DNA of 64,000 bases from Candidatus Latescibacterota bacterium (lineage in GTDB: Bacteria; Latescibacterota; UBA2968; GCA-2709665), in contig OZ252100.1 in assembly GCA_965248435.1 (NCBI GenBank), forward strand, positions 4,640,001 to 4,704,000, read 5' to 3'. The notes under the pieces were generated by a model that was not told the DNA's origin, did not search any database, and was given only the letters and a program-made list of their open reading frames with translations. Positions 18,902-28,890 of the stretch are shown in pieces (the first letter of the stretch is position 1; each line of letters begins with the position of its first letter). Position numbers and translations under genes: made by a program.

Positions 18902-19864
18902 ATGACGAATATTGGTATAGAATTTCCAGCGCTGGGTGAAATGGGATTCCTTGACCTGCCTGAGCCGCCTGATCCTGGACCAACAGAGATACTGATTCTC
19001 ACGCACTATTCTGGTGTGGTGAACGGCACCGAGCGGCATGCACTGATGGCTGATTTTGGTAAGGGTTACCCAAGCCGGCCTGGATATCAGCATGTAGGCG
19101 TCATCGAAGCCGTGGGGAGTAAGGTGAACACATTTGCCGAGGGCGATATCGTCTTCCTCGGCAATCACGGGGGGCATCGGGGCTGGCACATCGCCGATGT
19201 GGCAGCCACCAATGAGAGACAACGACTCTGCATTAAACTGTCGGATGATGTTGAGCACGAATTTTGCGCGCTCTTTGGTGCTGCCGGCGTTGGTATGCAG
19301 CACTCCCGACGTATCCGTGTCGCCCCCGCGATGAATGTGTGGGTCGCCGGCCTAGGACTCGTTGGTCAGTCCGTGGCTCAAGCATCCCGAGCTTTGGGCG
19401 CGCGTGTCACGGTGACAGATATTAACCCGCAGCGGCTTGAGGTCGCCAAAGAACTCGGTGCACATCAGGTGATAAACATCTCCGAGAAATCCGGGATCGA
19501 GTTGCTTGTGCAGGGTGGGCCTTATGACCGCATTATTGACGCTTGCGGTGCCTGCCAGTTATTCGATGATATCCGAGAGAACGAACTCCTTGCACTTCAC
19601 GGCACCATCGGCGCATTGGCTGGCCGGCATGAGACGATATTCCACCAGACGATGCTTCACGCATTGAGGGCATCAATCGAAGGGTCATCTCACTTCACGG
19701 TTGAAGATCTGCGTATGGTGCGGCATTTTCTTCATCTAGGTACGATCCAGATCGAGCCTCTGGTGACCCATCGCGTCCCGATAACCGAAGCACCGCGTAT
19801 TTACGAAACCATGCGGGATAAGCCGGCGGATCTGCTTGGTGTGATATTCAACTGGCAGTCTTGA
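18902..19864 (+). CDS. MDR-family (alcohol dehydrogenase-like) oxidoreductase
   Basis: GTE...PGY motif; Rossmann GLGLVG. Confidence 0.85.
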   Translation: MTNIGIEFPALGEMGFLDLPEPPDPGPTEILILTHYSGVVNGTERHALMADFGKGYPSRPGYQHVGVIEAVGSKVNTFAEGDIVFLGNHGGHRGWHIADVAATNERQRLCIKLSDDVEHEFCALFGAAGVGMQHSRRIRVAPAMNVWVAGLGLVGQSVAQASRALGARVTVTDINPQRLEVAKELGAHQVINISEKSGIELLVQGGPYDRIIDACGACQLFDDIRENELLALHGTIGALAGRHETIFHQTMLHALRASIEGSSHFTVEDLRMVRHFLHLGTIQIEPLVTHRVPITEAPRIYETMRDKPADLLGVIFNWQS

Positions 19865-20150
19865 TAAGAAGCTACAGCTGGCGACTTGTGCACGGGGATC
19901 AGCCACATGCCCCGCGTCGCGTTGCTTATTCCCGCTGATTCGGCGACCGTGATCGGAATTTGGTAGTTGCGATACAGATGGATTACGAGCTTGTATTCCT
20001 TTGTATTGTATTTGCGATTATCTTGTCTGCGGTTCACGACGTGGATTCTGCTCCGTGGTCTCCCAGCTATCGGGAAGCTGATAACATGGAATTAACGGCG
20101 ACGACAAGAGTGAATCAAGGCTCCAACCCCTTTAAGAGAAGGAATTGAAC

Positions 20151-21086
20151 ATGAGCGCAACGTCAAAACGATACGAATTCAAGATGGGGATGTACCTGGG
20201 CGAGCTGCAGCAGCCCTTCGAGCAGTCGCTCGGCACCGCCCGCGACATCGGCGCCAAATACCTTTGGTGCGGCAATTACTCCCAAAACCAGATGATGTGC
20301 GAGCTTCCGGACAAAGATCTCGACAAGGCGGTGGAGCAGGTGGCCGCCCACAACCTCGAGATCTTTCTGCTCGATGGCGGGGGGCTGTTGAAGGGCGTGC
20401 ATCTGGCCGAGCTGCAACCGGGCAAGATGCTGGAGCACGAGAAGTTCAAACAGGAGCTCGATACTCTTGAGCGCTCGATGGAGGTCTCCTCGCGGTTAGG
20501 GGTGGGCGCGGTATCGTGCTCCAGCTTCGCCTGGCCAGCGGAGTACACGGCGGGCAAACCGACCTGGCCGATGCGCTGGGCGACGCGCGGCGGGATCATC
20601 TCCGATGGCGATATGGAGAAGCTGGTGGAGGCGCTTTCGATGGTCGCCGATCTGGCCGAAAAATACGACATCGACGTTGCCTTCCTCATGATGCAGTGGA
20701 ACTTCGGAAATACCAGCAGGAACTTCCGGCGTATAGCCGAGGCGGTGGGTTCGCGCCGCTTCAAAGCGCTCTGGTGTCCGGCGGACGCCCTCAATTGCGG
20801 CGAGGCGGACAATGCCACTGCGGGGTTCGAGAATCTGCGACCGTACCTCCACGGGGTGCATGGCAAGGATATGCACACGATCAACGGCGAGAAGCTCGAG
20901 TTCGAGTACCTGCCGATTGGAGAAGGGGACGTGGATTATCCGACAATTCTGAGGAACCTGCGGGACAACAACTGCGATGTGGTGCTGTCGATCGCGACCC
21001 ACTTCTCGCCACCCAGCGGTTCGAAGATCGAGGCGATGGAGACGAACTACACCAACATTCGTCGGCTGATCAGCGAGTTGGACTAG
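20151..21086 (+). CDS. Sugar phosphate isomerase/epimerase (TIM barrel)
   Basis: HGVHGKD, IGEGDVDY motifs. Confidence 0.8.
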   Translation: MSATSKRYEFKMGMYLGELQQPFEQSLGTARDIGAKYLWCGNYSQNQMMCELPDKDLDKAVEQVAAHNLEIFLLDGGGLLKGVHLAELQPGKMLEHEKFKQELDTLERSMEVSSRLGVGAVSCSSFAWPAEYTAGKPTWPMRWATRGGIISDGDMEKLVEALSMVADLAEKYDIDVAFLMMQWNFGNTSRNFRRIAEAVGSRRFKALWCPADALNCGEADNATAGFENLRPYLHGVHGKDMHTINGEKLEFEYLPIGEGDVDYPTILRNLRDNNCDVVLSIATHFSPPSGSKIEAMETNYTNIRRLISELD

Positions 21087-21094
21087 GTCAACGT

Positions 21095-21365
21095 GAACGA
21101 ATTGCGAAGTTCCATGGTGTCCCCCTCAGATGTAGACAAACCCCACTGTGGCGGGAATGCTACTCCAAGACAAAAGCGGTGCCATCTTCCTTCGAAATCT
21201 CCCACTTTTGGTTGGTCCCGCCATGACAATCCCATTGGTGGACAGTGCCGCCGTTTGCCTGGCTGGCAACCGCAACGTCCAGGCATTTGCCGCTGTGGAC
21301 TCCCTTGACCTGGTAATTCGGCCCGTCGGATACCAGTTCCCAATCTTGGTTGGTCCATCTGTGAC
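21095..21365 (-). pseudogene. Ricin-B (RICIN) lectin domain fragment
   Basis: NQDW...HSGKCLDV...QWDCHGGTNQKW; in-frame stop at 21160 followed by a further repeat SRHSGVCL. Confidence 0.75.
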
Positions 21366-21395
21366 GCACCGCGATGTTCACGCAGGGGTAACGAG

Positions 21396-22760
21396 ATGTC
21401 TCCAGATGACGAGGCGACACGGTCCCTCCCGAGGGACCTGGGCGATGGGCTGATCCTAAGACAGGCCACCGCTGAGGATACTGAGGCTGCCGCGGAGTTT
21501 CAGTCTCAGGTCCACCTTCCACACACGTTCGCTGAGTCATTCAGAATCTGGACCAGGGACCTGATGAGCGGCGCCCTTCCAAGATTCCAGCCAGGCGACT
21601 TTACCCTGGTGGAGGACACGAGCACCGGGGCCATCGTGTCGATGCTGAACCTGATCCCACAAACATGGTCCTACGGCGGCATTGAAGTAGGCGTAGGCCG
21701 TATCGAGCTTGTGTCCACACATCCCGGCTACCGAAGACGCGGGCTAGTGCGGGCTCAGATGGACGCCGTCCATGAGATGAGTGCGAGGCGTGGCGAGAAG
21801 ATGCAGGTGATCTCCGGCATACCCTGGTACTATCGCCAGTTCGGCTACGACACGGCGCTGGAGCTCGAGGCAGGGTACTCGTGCCCCGTCTCCAATGGGC
21901 CCGCGCCTCACGATGCCCTCCGGGAGCCTTACACGGTAAGTCCCGCGACCGAGGGCGACCTACCATTCATAGCTCGCCTCTACGACGAGGCGATGGGGCG
22001 CTACCTGGTCTCCTGCGTGCGCGACGAGAGGCTGTGGAGGTACGAGCTCAACGGGAGGAGCGAGAACACCTATGGCGAGCTGGAGATGTGCGTAGTGAAG
22101 GCCGCGACCGGTGAATCGATGGGACTCCTTGTACACTTCCAGGGGCTCTGGGATGGTGAACTCCGCGCTCTTCTCTACGAGCTAAAGGGCGCCGCGTCCT
22201 GGCTCGAGGTGACTCCCAGCGTCGTGGGGTATCTCCAGAGGATGGGCGAGACGTACGCCGCGCGAGAGAAGCGGAGTGCGTTTCGTAACGTGGCGTTCGA
22301 GCTGGGTACAGAGCACCCGGTGTATCAGGTCGTGAACGGCAGGTCGCCTCGCTTGAAGAGGATGCGTGCGTGGTACGTCCGGGTGCCCGACATCGCCGGC
22401 TTCTTAGGGCATGTCAGACCAGTTCTGGAATGTCGGATGGCGGATTCGGCGGTGGCGGGTTACACCGGCAGGCTTACGATAGGCTTCGTCGACTACGGCG
22501 TGGACCTTTCGTTCGACAGCGGACGCCTGGCACAGGTTGAGCGATTAGCCAGACCGCGAAAGGGCGATAGCTGGCTGAGCTCTGGGACGTGCGACGCACT
22601 CTTGCCTGGGCTGATCTTCTTGCAGCTGCTCTTCGGGTTCCGCTCCGCGGATGAGCTCGAGTACGCCTTTCCCGACTGCGATATCGGGTCCCCAAAGACG
22701 CGCGGGTTACTTAACGTAGTATTCCCCAAACTGCCGTCGCATATATGGGGTATCTGGTGA
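21396..22760 (+). CDS. Eis-like GNAT acetyltransferase
   Basis: GRIELVSTHPGYRRRGL, GIPWYYRQFGY. Confidence 0.85.
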   Translation: MSPDDEATRSLPRDLGDGLILRQATAEDTEAAAEFQSQVHLPHTFAESFRIWTRDLMSGALPRFQPGDFTLVEDTSTGAIVSMLNLIPQTWSYGGIEVGVGRIELVSTHPGYRRRGLVRAQMDAVHEMSARRGEKMQVISGIPWYYRQFGYDTALELEAGYSCPVSNGPAPHDALREPYTVSPATEGDLPFIARLYDEAMGRYLVSCVRDERLWRYELNGRSENTYGELEMCVVKAATGESMGLLVHFQGLWDGELRALLYELKGAASWLEVTPSVVGYLQRMGETYAAREKRSAFRNVAFELGTEHPVYQVVNGRSPRLKRMRAWYVRVPDIAGFLGHVRPVLECRMADSAVAGYTGRLTIGFVDYGVDLSFDSGRLAQVERLARPRKGDSWLSSGTCDALLPGLIFLQLLFGFRSADELEYAFPDCDIGSPKTRGLLNVVFPKLPSHIWGIW

Positions 22761-23025
22761 CGTCTCCAACGCGTGAATCGTGGTTCGTGGATAGTAAAAC
22801 CGGTGGAATAGAGCGCGAAGGTAAAGGGCCGGATCCGGCTCTTCTTATTTTGGTGAAAGGTTTTCGTGCTACTGGCCTAGCTTTTTGCGGAGCTTAGTCG
22901 CCAGACCATCCACGAACGACGAGTCGGTCGTGTCCCCCAGGACACGACCTGAGACGAACGACGGAATGGCGGCTTTTTCTTTTTTCATTTGCCGACCGCC
23001 GGCATCCATCTGAGAGGCCTCTGCA

Positions 23026-23934
23026 ATGCCACGATTCGATCACATGAAGGGCCTGTTCGGGCTGCTTCCGACGCCGTATACCGACGACCTCGAAATCCAC
23101 ACGCGGGACCTCCGCGCTGCCGCGGACTTCTGCTGCAGGACCGGGCAGCACGGTATCGTGTGGCCCGTGATGGTGGGCGAGTTCTACTTCCTGGGTGAGG
23201 AGGAACGCATCCGCAATCTCAACGAGGTGCTCGAAGAGGTGGACAGTCGGTTGCCCTTCGTGTTCGGATGTTCGGGAATCTCCGTGCCGCAGGCTGTCGT
23301 CTTCGCGCGCGCCGCGCAGGCGGCCCAACCCGATGCCATCATCGCCATGGCGCCTGCCCAAACGAATGCCGACGTGGCCATCGACATGTATCACCGGCTG
23401 GCCGATGCCTTCGACGGTCCGATCATGGTCCAGAATGCTGACGCCTACAGCCCGCTCACCGGTGAACAGATCAACAGGCTCGTAGACGACATTCCGCAGA
23501 TCCAGTATATCAAGGAGGAACGCCAGCCGTACCCGAGGCACGTCAGCGAAGTTGTCAACCTCGTCGGGGACAAGATCAAGACCGTCTTTGGCGGAGCGGC
23601 GGGCATGTTCATCCCGGACGAGCTGCGAAGGGGAGCTAACGGCTGCATGCCGGCGTGCGATCTCGGCGATGTCCTGGCGCAGGTCTTCGAGCTCTGGTGG
23701 GAGGACAGGGAGGATGAGGCCAGAGACCTGCATCGCCGCATGCTGCCCCTCATCAACCTGAAATCGCACGCCTTCATGCGATACATGCTCAAGCGGCGGG
23801 GGGTCTTCACCTCGTTGGCCGAACGTTCACCTTCGGGCGTGATGGACATCGGCGAGGAGGAGAAACGCGAAATATCCATCCTCCTGAAGGCCATCGAGGC
23901 CGAGATCAGGTCGTTCCCCTTCGGCCCAGAATAG
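23026..23934 (+). CDS. Dihydrodipicolinate synthase family protein
   Basis: LPTPY, GEF..L..EER, IMVQN, YIKEE. Confidence 0.88.
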   Translation: MPRFDHMKGLFGLLPTPYTDDLEIHTRDLRAAADFCCRTGQHGIVWPVMVGEFYFLGEEERIRNLNEVLEEVDSRLPFVFGCSGISVPQAVVFARAAQAAQPDAIIAMAPAQTNADVAIDMYHRLADAFDGPIMVQNADAYSPLTGEQINRLVDDIPQIQYIKEERQPYPRHVSEVVNLVGDKIKTVFGGAAGMFIPDELRRGANGCMPACDLGDVLAQVFELWWEDREDEARDLHRRMLPLINLKSHAFMRYMLKRRGVFTSLAERSPSGVMDIGEEEKREISILLKAIEAEIRSFPFGPE

Positions 23935-24174
23935 GTCGCCTGCAGATGAACTTTACTTCGCTCGAGGAATATTAGTGAAGGCGAAAATGCCTTGAAGAAG
24001 GCGACACCGTATTGTAGGGCCGAGGTCGATGGGATCGACCTTTCGCAGCCGGTCGTATCTTTCGTCGTTCGAAAGGCAACCTCACCGCAGAGCCGCAGAG
24101 TTCGCAGAGAAAATCCAATGAATGGAAAATGTAGCGCCGAGGTAAGACGCGAGGTCTTCACGCGATTACAGGGG

Positions 24175-24209
24175 TTGACTTGCCTGTATAAACTGCCTAT
24201 ATTGCAGGC
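24175..24209 (+). promoter_or_regulatory. Sigma70 promoter with TGCCTG inverted repeat (probable TA operator)
   Basis: TTGACT-17-TATATT, 6 nt before ATG; TGCCTG...CAGGCA. Confidence 0.65.
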
Positions 24210-24467
24210 ATGAAAAAGAGGCAAATACAATACACCCTCAGAAAGGTCCCGCCACAGGTCGATCAGAAAATCAGGGAGCGGGCACACGACCAGCGTCGTA
24301 GTCTGAACGAGGTCGCACTTGAAGCGCTTGAGCGCGGATTGGGACTCACTGCGAGGCCGGTACGCCATCACGACCTGGACGACCTGGCTGGCACCTGGGT
24401 AGACGATCCGGAATTCGACCGGGCCGTCGAGGACATGGATCAGATCGATCCGGAACTCTGGAAGTGA
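24210..24467 (+). CDS. Ribbon-helix-helix (FitA/VapB-like) antitoxin
   Basis: QYTLRKVP...RAHDQRRSLNEVALEAL; acidic tail; GTGA overlap with the PIN gene. Confidence 0.85.
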   Translation: MKKRQIQYTLRKVPPQVDQKIRERAHDQRRSLNEVALEALERGLGLTARPVRHHDLDDLAGTWVDDPEFDRAVEDMDQIDPELWK

Positions 24468-24856
24468 ACCTCGCCATCGACACGAATCGTTATCGCGACT
24501 TTTGCGACAACGACCCGGTGGCGCTCGATTGCCTTCAGACGGCGGACCACATCACCCTGCCTTTTGTCTCGGTTGCGGAACTCCGGGCCGGATTCCTGTG
24601 CGGTACAAGAGCTCGAGAGAACGAGCAGGTTTTGACGCGGTTTTTGAATCGACCCCGTGTCTCCGGCCTCTTTCCTTCCGAGCGTACCGTTCGCCACTAC
24701 GCTCAACTTTTTTACCAGCTGCGCCAGCAGGGTACGCCCATCCCCACAAACGACATCTGGGTCGCTGCACTTGTGCTGGAAAATGACCTCGTGCTTTTTT
24801 CGCGGGATCGTCACTTCGATCATCTGCCTCAACTTTCGAGAGTGTCCGGTGTTTAG
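24464..24856 (+). CDS. vapC: VapC-family PIN toxin
   Basis: IDTN, AELRAG, PIPTNDIWVAA, SRDRHF. Confidence 0.93.
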   Translation: MNLAIDTNRYRDFCDNDPVALDCLQTADHITLPFVSVAELRAGFLCGTRARENEQVLTRFLNRPRVSGLFPSERTVRHYAQLFYQLRQQGTPIPTNDIWVAALVLENDLVLFSRDRHFDHLPQLSRVSGV

Positions 24857-24865
24857 GATCAAATA

Positions 24866-25591
24866 TTGCTGACAACACAGATGATCCTGTATGCAAGCGG
24901 TGTCATGTGGGTGGCCGCGAGCCTTCAGGGCGTGACCGGCTTCGGGTTCATGCTCCTTGCGATCCCCGGGCTGATCCTGTGGCTACCGGCACAGGTGGTA
25001 GTGCCGGCGTTGATCCTGGTATGGATCCCCCTCGGCACCGTGCAGGTCCTGCATCTTCGGAAGGATGTCGACTGGAAACTGCTGAGCCACCTCGTGCTGA
25101 GCGCAGTCGCTGGCCTTCCATTGGGGGCGGTCATCCTCCTGGAGACAGACAGGCTGTGGATGCAGCGTGGTATCGGCGCGATGATGGTGGTGATGGCATT
25201 ACTTCTGTTTGTGAATCCCGGGTCGCCTTTTCAACGTCGCCGGCTTGTGAGGACCGTTGCTGGCCTCATCTCCGGTGTGCTCGCGGCCAGTACTTCGGCT
25301 GCCGGCCCACCCGTAGCTTTTCTGGGGTTGAAACAGCGCTGGGAGACAAGCCTCTTCCGGGCGACGCTGCCGGCCTATTTCGTGGCGATCTCCTTGTGCT
25401 GCCTTCCGCTCCACTGGGAGATGGACCTGCTCGGTCGGCAAAGCGTTGAAGTCGCAGTGTCCGGTCTGCCCGGCGTGGCCGTCGGTTATCTGACAGGCAT
25501 TTGGCTCAAAGGACGAGTGCGTGGGGAAGGGTTTCGGTGGGTGGTTTTGGCCATGGTGATGGGAGGGGGGCTCGCTGCGGTGATCCTCTAG
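24866..25591 (+). CDS. TauE/SafE (TSUP) family transporter
   Basis: QGVTGFGF, AGPP, multiple TM helices. Confidence 0.88.
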   Translation: MLTTQMILYASGVMWVAASLQGVTGFGFMLLAIPGLILWLPAQVVVPALILVWIPLGTVQVLHLRKDVDWKLLSHLVLSAVAGLPLGAVILLETDRLWMQRGIGAMMVVMALLLFVNPGSPFQRRRLVRTVAGLISGVLAASTSAAGPPVAFLGLKQRWETSLFRATLPAYFVAISLCCLPLHWEMDLLGRQSVEVAVSGLPGVAVGYLTGIWLKGRVRGEGFRWVVLAMVMGGGLAAVIL

Positions 25592-25790
25592 GGACGCGAG
25601 CCCGTGGATCGCAAAAAAAGTGGGTGACGGTTGGATCACTTCATTCTACTTGTGCAAAAGTGCCATTCTTGGTATCTTTAACTCGAAGAAAGGCTACATA
25701 GCAGGCGTATATGAGCCACTCGGTTATGCAAAGGGCTGTCGCCGAGTATGTTACGAACATGCGATGTCCGATGCCCTTTTAGGGATCGAA

Positions 25791-25988
25791 ATGAATCAGA
25801 ACTACAAACAGCCAAGTCGCAAAGAGGCCGAGCTGGCAGAGCGGAGGAAGCGAGGCAGGCTGATTACCCGGGCACGCAAGGGTGACGACAAGGCTCTGTC
25901 CGAACTGCGGAAGAAGCACAGCGTTACGAAGGTCTGGACGGACAAAGAGATCAAAGGGTACACCGATAACGGGTCGGAACAGGACTGA
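25791..25988 (+). CDS. Small basic hypothetical protein
   Basis: 65-aa ORF followed by a hairpin. Confidence 0.5.
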   Translation: MNQNYKQPSRKEAELAERRKRGRLITRARKGDDKALSELRKKHSVTKVWTDKEIKGYTDNGSEQD

Positions 25989-26016
25989 AGATCAGCTGAA
26001 CTATGAAGACAGGAGC

Positions 26017-26046
26017 AATAGGGGCACGGCACACCGTGCCCCTATT
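26017..26046. repeat. REP-like palindrome / possible bidirectional terminator
   Basis: AATAGGGGCACGG-caca-CCGTGCCCCTATT between convergent genes. Confidence 0.6.
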
Positions 26047-26201
26047 TGCGTGTATGGACCATATCGGATTAAGGAAAAGAGCAGTGACGGTACCAAGCGC
26101 ACCCTTTAGAGTACCAATAGTGGCCGCCGCAGCCACACTTCTTCTTTGTTTACTTGATACCTGATCTCGTTCCTGTGAAACGTATCTCGTCGAAAGCGGG
26201 C

Positions 26202-27314
26202 TCAGGTCACCACGTATCGCGCGACCGCTTCACGGTCGAGTTCCACCCCCAGACCGGGCTTTTCGGGTGGGCGGACACCGCCGTCGCTCAAAAGCCACGG
26301 TTCGCCCATGATCAGGTCATCTGTCATCCAGTCGATCAGGGTTTGTGAAGGTCGTTCGAGGTCGGGGAAGGCCATTCCGAGGTGGCACATGGCGGCCCAG
26401 GAGATGCCCAGCTCCCACATAGAGCGCAGCCAGCAAGCCCGGCCCTGAGCGCTCACGGCCTTCATCAAATCGATGGTTCCCTGTATGCCGCCGGGCAGAT
26501 CGATGTCGGGGACGACGGCATCGATCTGGGGGTAGGGTTTTAGAGCGTCGAGATTGATGCAGTGGGTTGAGACAGGAACGTCGAACTCGGCGCGCAGTTG
26601 AGCCAGATCGGCCAGATCGGCCACAGGCTCCTCGATGTTGGCGAGACCCGCTTTCGCCACGCCGTCGAGCAAGCGTCTTGCTCCGTCCAGACTGAATCCC
26701 ATGTTGGCGTCGGCTGCGAGCGCGACGTCCGGACCCAGGGCATCGCGCAGGGCGCAGATGGTCGAAATATCGCAGTCCACAGAATGGCGTCCAACTTTGA
26801 ACTCGAACAGTGACGCGCCGGTTTCAGCAATGGATCGGGAGGCGATTTCGGCCATGATATCCGGCACCTCGGCCTCGGTGTGACCTTCATCGGGATCGAC
26901 GGTGTATGCGTAGGCTCCGAATGGGGCCCGCTCACGCACGGGGCCGCCGAGCAAGCGGAACAGGGGCAGATCGGCCTGCTTGCCGAGGAGATCCCAAAGC
27001 GCCAGTTCTATACCGGAAAATGCGCTTTGATCGAGCAGATGTTCGGGATGGCCGTAGTCCAGGTGGATTTGCAGGCAAAGGGCACGTGCCCTTTGCCGCT
27101 CCTCGACGGGCAGTCCGATCAGGGCGGGCGCAAAACGCTCATTTATGATGGCCGCGGCCCATACACCGCGCGTCTCTCCAAGACCGATCAGGCCTGTGTC
27201 GGTAGTGATCTCGACGATCGTACGTGATGCGTGGGTGGCCTTTCTAATAGACATCGTGCCAGTTCGCGTCCCCGGTACGCTCACCGGCGTGGCCTGGATC
27301 GACTCGATTTTCAT
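26202..27314 (-). CDS. Mandelate racemase/muconate lactonizing (enolase superfamily) enzyme
   Basis: GLIGLGE, IELALWDLLGK, DAN, IEEP, PGLGVELD. Confidence 0.9.
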   Translation of the reverse strand: MKIESIQATPVSVPGTRTGTMSIRKATHASRTIVEITTDTGLIGLGETRGVWAAAIINERFAPALIGLPVEERQRARALCLQIHLDYGHPEHLLDQSAFSGIELALWDLLGKQADLPLFRLLGGPVRERAPFGAYAYTVDPDEGHTEAEVPDIMAEIASRSIAETGASLFEFKVGRHSVDCDISTICALRDALGPDVALAADANMGFSLDGARRLLDGVAKAGLANIEEPVADLADLAQLRAEFDVPVSTHCINLDALKPYPQIDAVVPDIDLPGGIQGTIDLMKAVSAQGRACWLRSMWELGISWAAMCHLGMAFPDLERPSQTLIDWMTDDLIMGEPWLLSDGGVRPPEKPGLGVELDREAVARYVVT

Positions 27315-27461
27315 TCCTGAGTCCTTTCGCGATCCTGTTTTGAACGCCTGAATCGATCGCCGAAGGAAGACCCTGTTGCGCGGGAACAGATTCGCGCAAC
27401 AGGAGCTGTCCGATAAGCCACATCATTTATGAAGTGATTGGATTGGGGCGATCCTTGCGAT

Positions 27462-28517
27462 CTACAGACTCTCCAGAAAGCCCCACAGCTCGTCGAATCG
27501 TTCGCCGACGATCGGTTTGTGCCGGAGGATAGAGTCGGTGTCCCTTTCGGCCATAAACTGAGGCGTGAACTCCAGCCCCTTCTTCAGTTCCTCGCGAGAC
27601 AGGCCCATTTCCGATGGGCGAATCCGGACCTTGCATTTCTTCATTCGATCAGTGAGTTTCTCCAGTCCGATTCCTGCCTGCCAGGCGATCATTACCGCGC
27701 CCAGGGCGACTAGTTCTCCGTGTATCCATGCGCGATCGTTGATCTGCTCCAGGGCCAGCCAGAAGGGGTGATCTCCGCTCTTGACCTGCAGCTTCTGACT
27801 GTCGCGCTGCTGCAGCGAGGTCATGATGTGCTTGACGCTGTCCGCGGTCAGTTCCCCCTGTGTGTCGAGCGTCGGAACAAACCCGTTGACCAGCCCATCG
27901 TAGTATGTCTCCAAACCGGCGATCGTGGACGCGTCGACCGGTTCTCCGGTGCCCTGCTGTACCTTCCATTCCGCTTCGATGATCCCGGCGCCGGTGCAAA
28001 GGATGTCGCCGATCCCGGCGGTGTTGAAGTAATAGGGCGCGGCCAGCACTGTCTCATAGTCGATCAGGACGTGGTCGCAGTCGACCCAACACCAGTCGTC
28101 CACATCACCGATGAGTTTCCGACCATCCCATTTGGCGACCTGACCCCGCACGATTGCCCCGGTGGAGACGATGGTTGGTACGAGGATCAGAGGCAGGCCT
28201 TTGTGGATCGCGGCGTATTTCGAGTTATCGAGTGCCCGGCCGCCTCCCAGACCGACGACGAGCTCGATGTCGTCGGGCAATTGCTCAGCCAGGTCTCGCT
28301 GGTGCTGCGAATCCAGCCAGTCGGCGTAGACCACGCCCTCGGGATCCCGGGCGAGCGCCGGACGTGCTGTCTTTATCGCACTGGCAGTGGTGACGATGCC
28401 GTAGCGAGGCCAACCCTCGCTTTCACGCTTCAGCAATTCGCTTCCGAACCGGATTTCTATTTCAGTACCTGGTTTTGCGCGGGAGCCCTGATCCCAACCG
28501 CGAGCTGATAGCGCCAT
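27462..28517 (-). CDS. Glycerol-1-phosphate dehydrogenase-like / iron-containing ADH family
   Basis: GLGGGRALDNSK, VPTIVST, AGIGD, HGELVALG. Confidence 0.85.
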   Translation of the reverse strand: MALSARGWDQGSRAKPGTEIEIRFGSELLKRESEGWPRYGIVTTASAIKTARPALARDPEGVVYADWLDSQHQRDLAEQLPDDIELVVGLGGGRALDNSKYAAIHKGLPLILVPTIVSTGAIVRGQVAKWDGRKLIGDVDDWCWVDCDHVLIDYETVLAAPYYFNTAGIGDILCTGAGIIEAEWKVQQGTGEPVDASTIAGLETYYDGLVNGFVPTLDTQGELTADSVKHIMTSLQQRDSQKLQVKSGDHPFWLALEQINDRAWIHGELVALGAVMIAWQAGIGLEKLTDRMKKCKVRIRPSEMGLSREELKKGLEFTPQFMAERDTDSILRHKPIVGERFDELWGFLESL

Positions 28518-28545
28518 GTTAGCCCTCCCAAAGAAAAGTTATCTA

Positions 28546-28678
28546 GGACCGCGGACCACGGCCGTGACGTAGAAAGAAGCTATCCGTGACCGCAGACGAC
28601 GGACCACAGACGGCCAAAAAACATTAGATATCACGCTATTCATCCTGCGGTCTGCGGTCCGCTGTCTGTCGTCTGCCT
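28546..28678. repeat. Heptamer (GACCGCA/GACGACG-type) inverted tandem repeat
   Basis: Shares 24/25 nt in inverted orientation with 58381-58405. Confidence 0.7.
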
Positions 28679-28890
28679 TGAGGCGGTCTGCCTCCGCAAT
28701 ATGGGCAGAAGCACATCCGGAGACAAGAAGAGATCAGTGGCGCCCACGTTCTAACATGTGTCGATTCTCCATTCCTGGCCGGCTGGTAATCGAACTTTGT
28801 CTTTGAAGCAGATTGCGTATTTTTTAGGTGTTGGATAAAGGACGGATCATACCGCTTTTGCCAGAGAGGTCCTCTTTCGTGTCGAACAGG

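Noticed and set aside
19870-20148. Short ORFs between the dehydrogenase and the epimerase
   Set aside because: No recognisable motifs or convincing RBS.
22926-22949. Hairpin GGTCGTGTCC-ccca-GGACACGACC as a riboswitch or ribozyme
   Set aside because: No recognisable aptamer or catalytic core; a single stem only.
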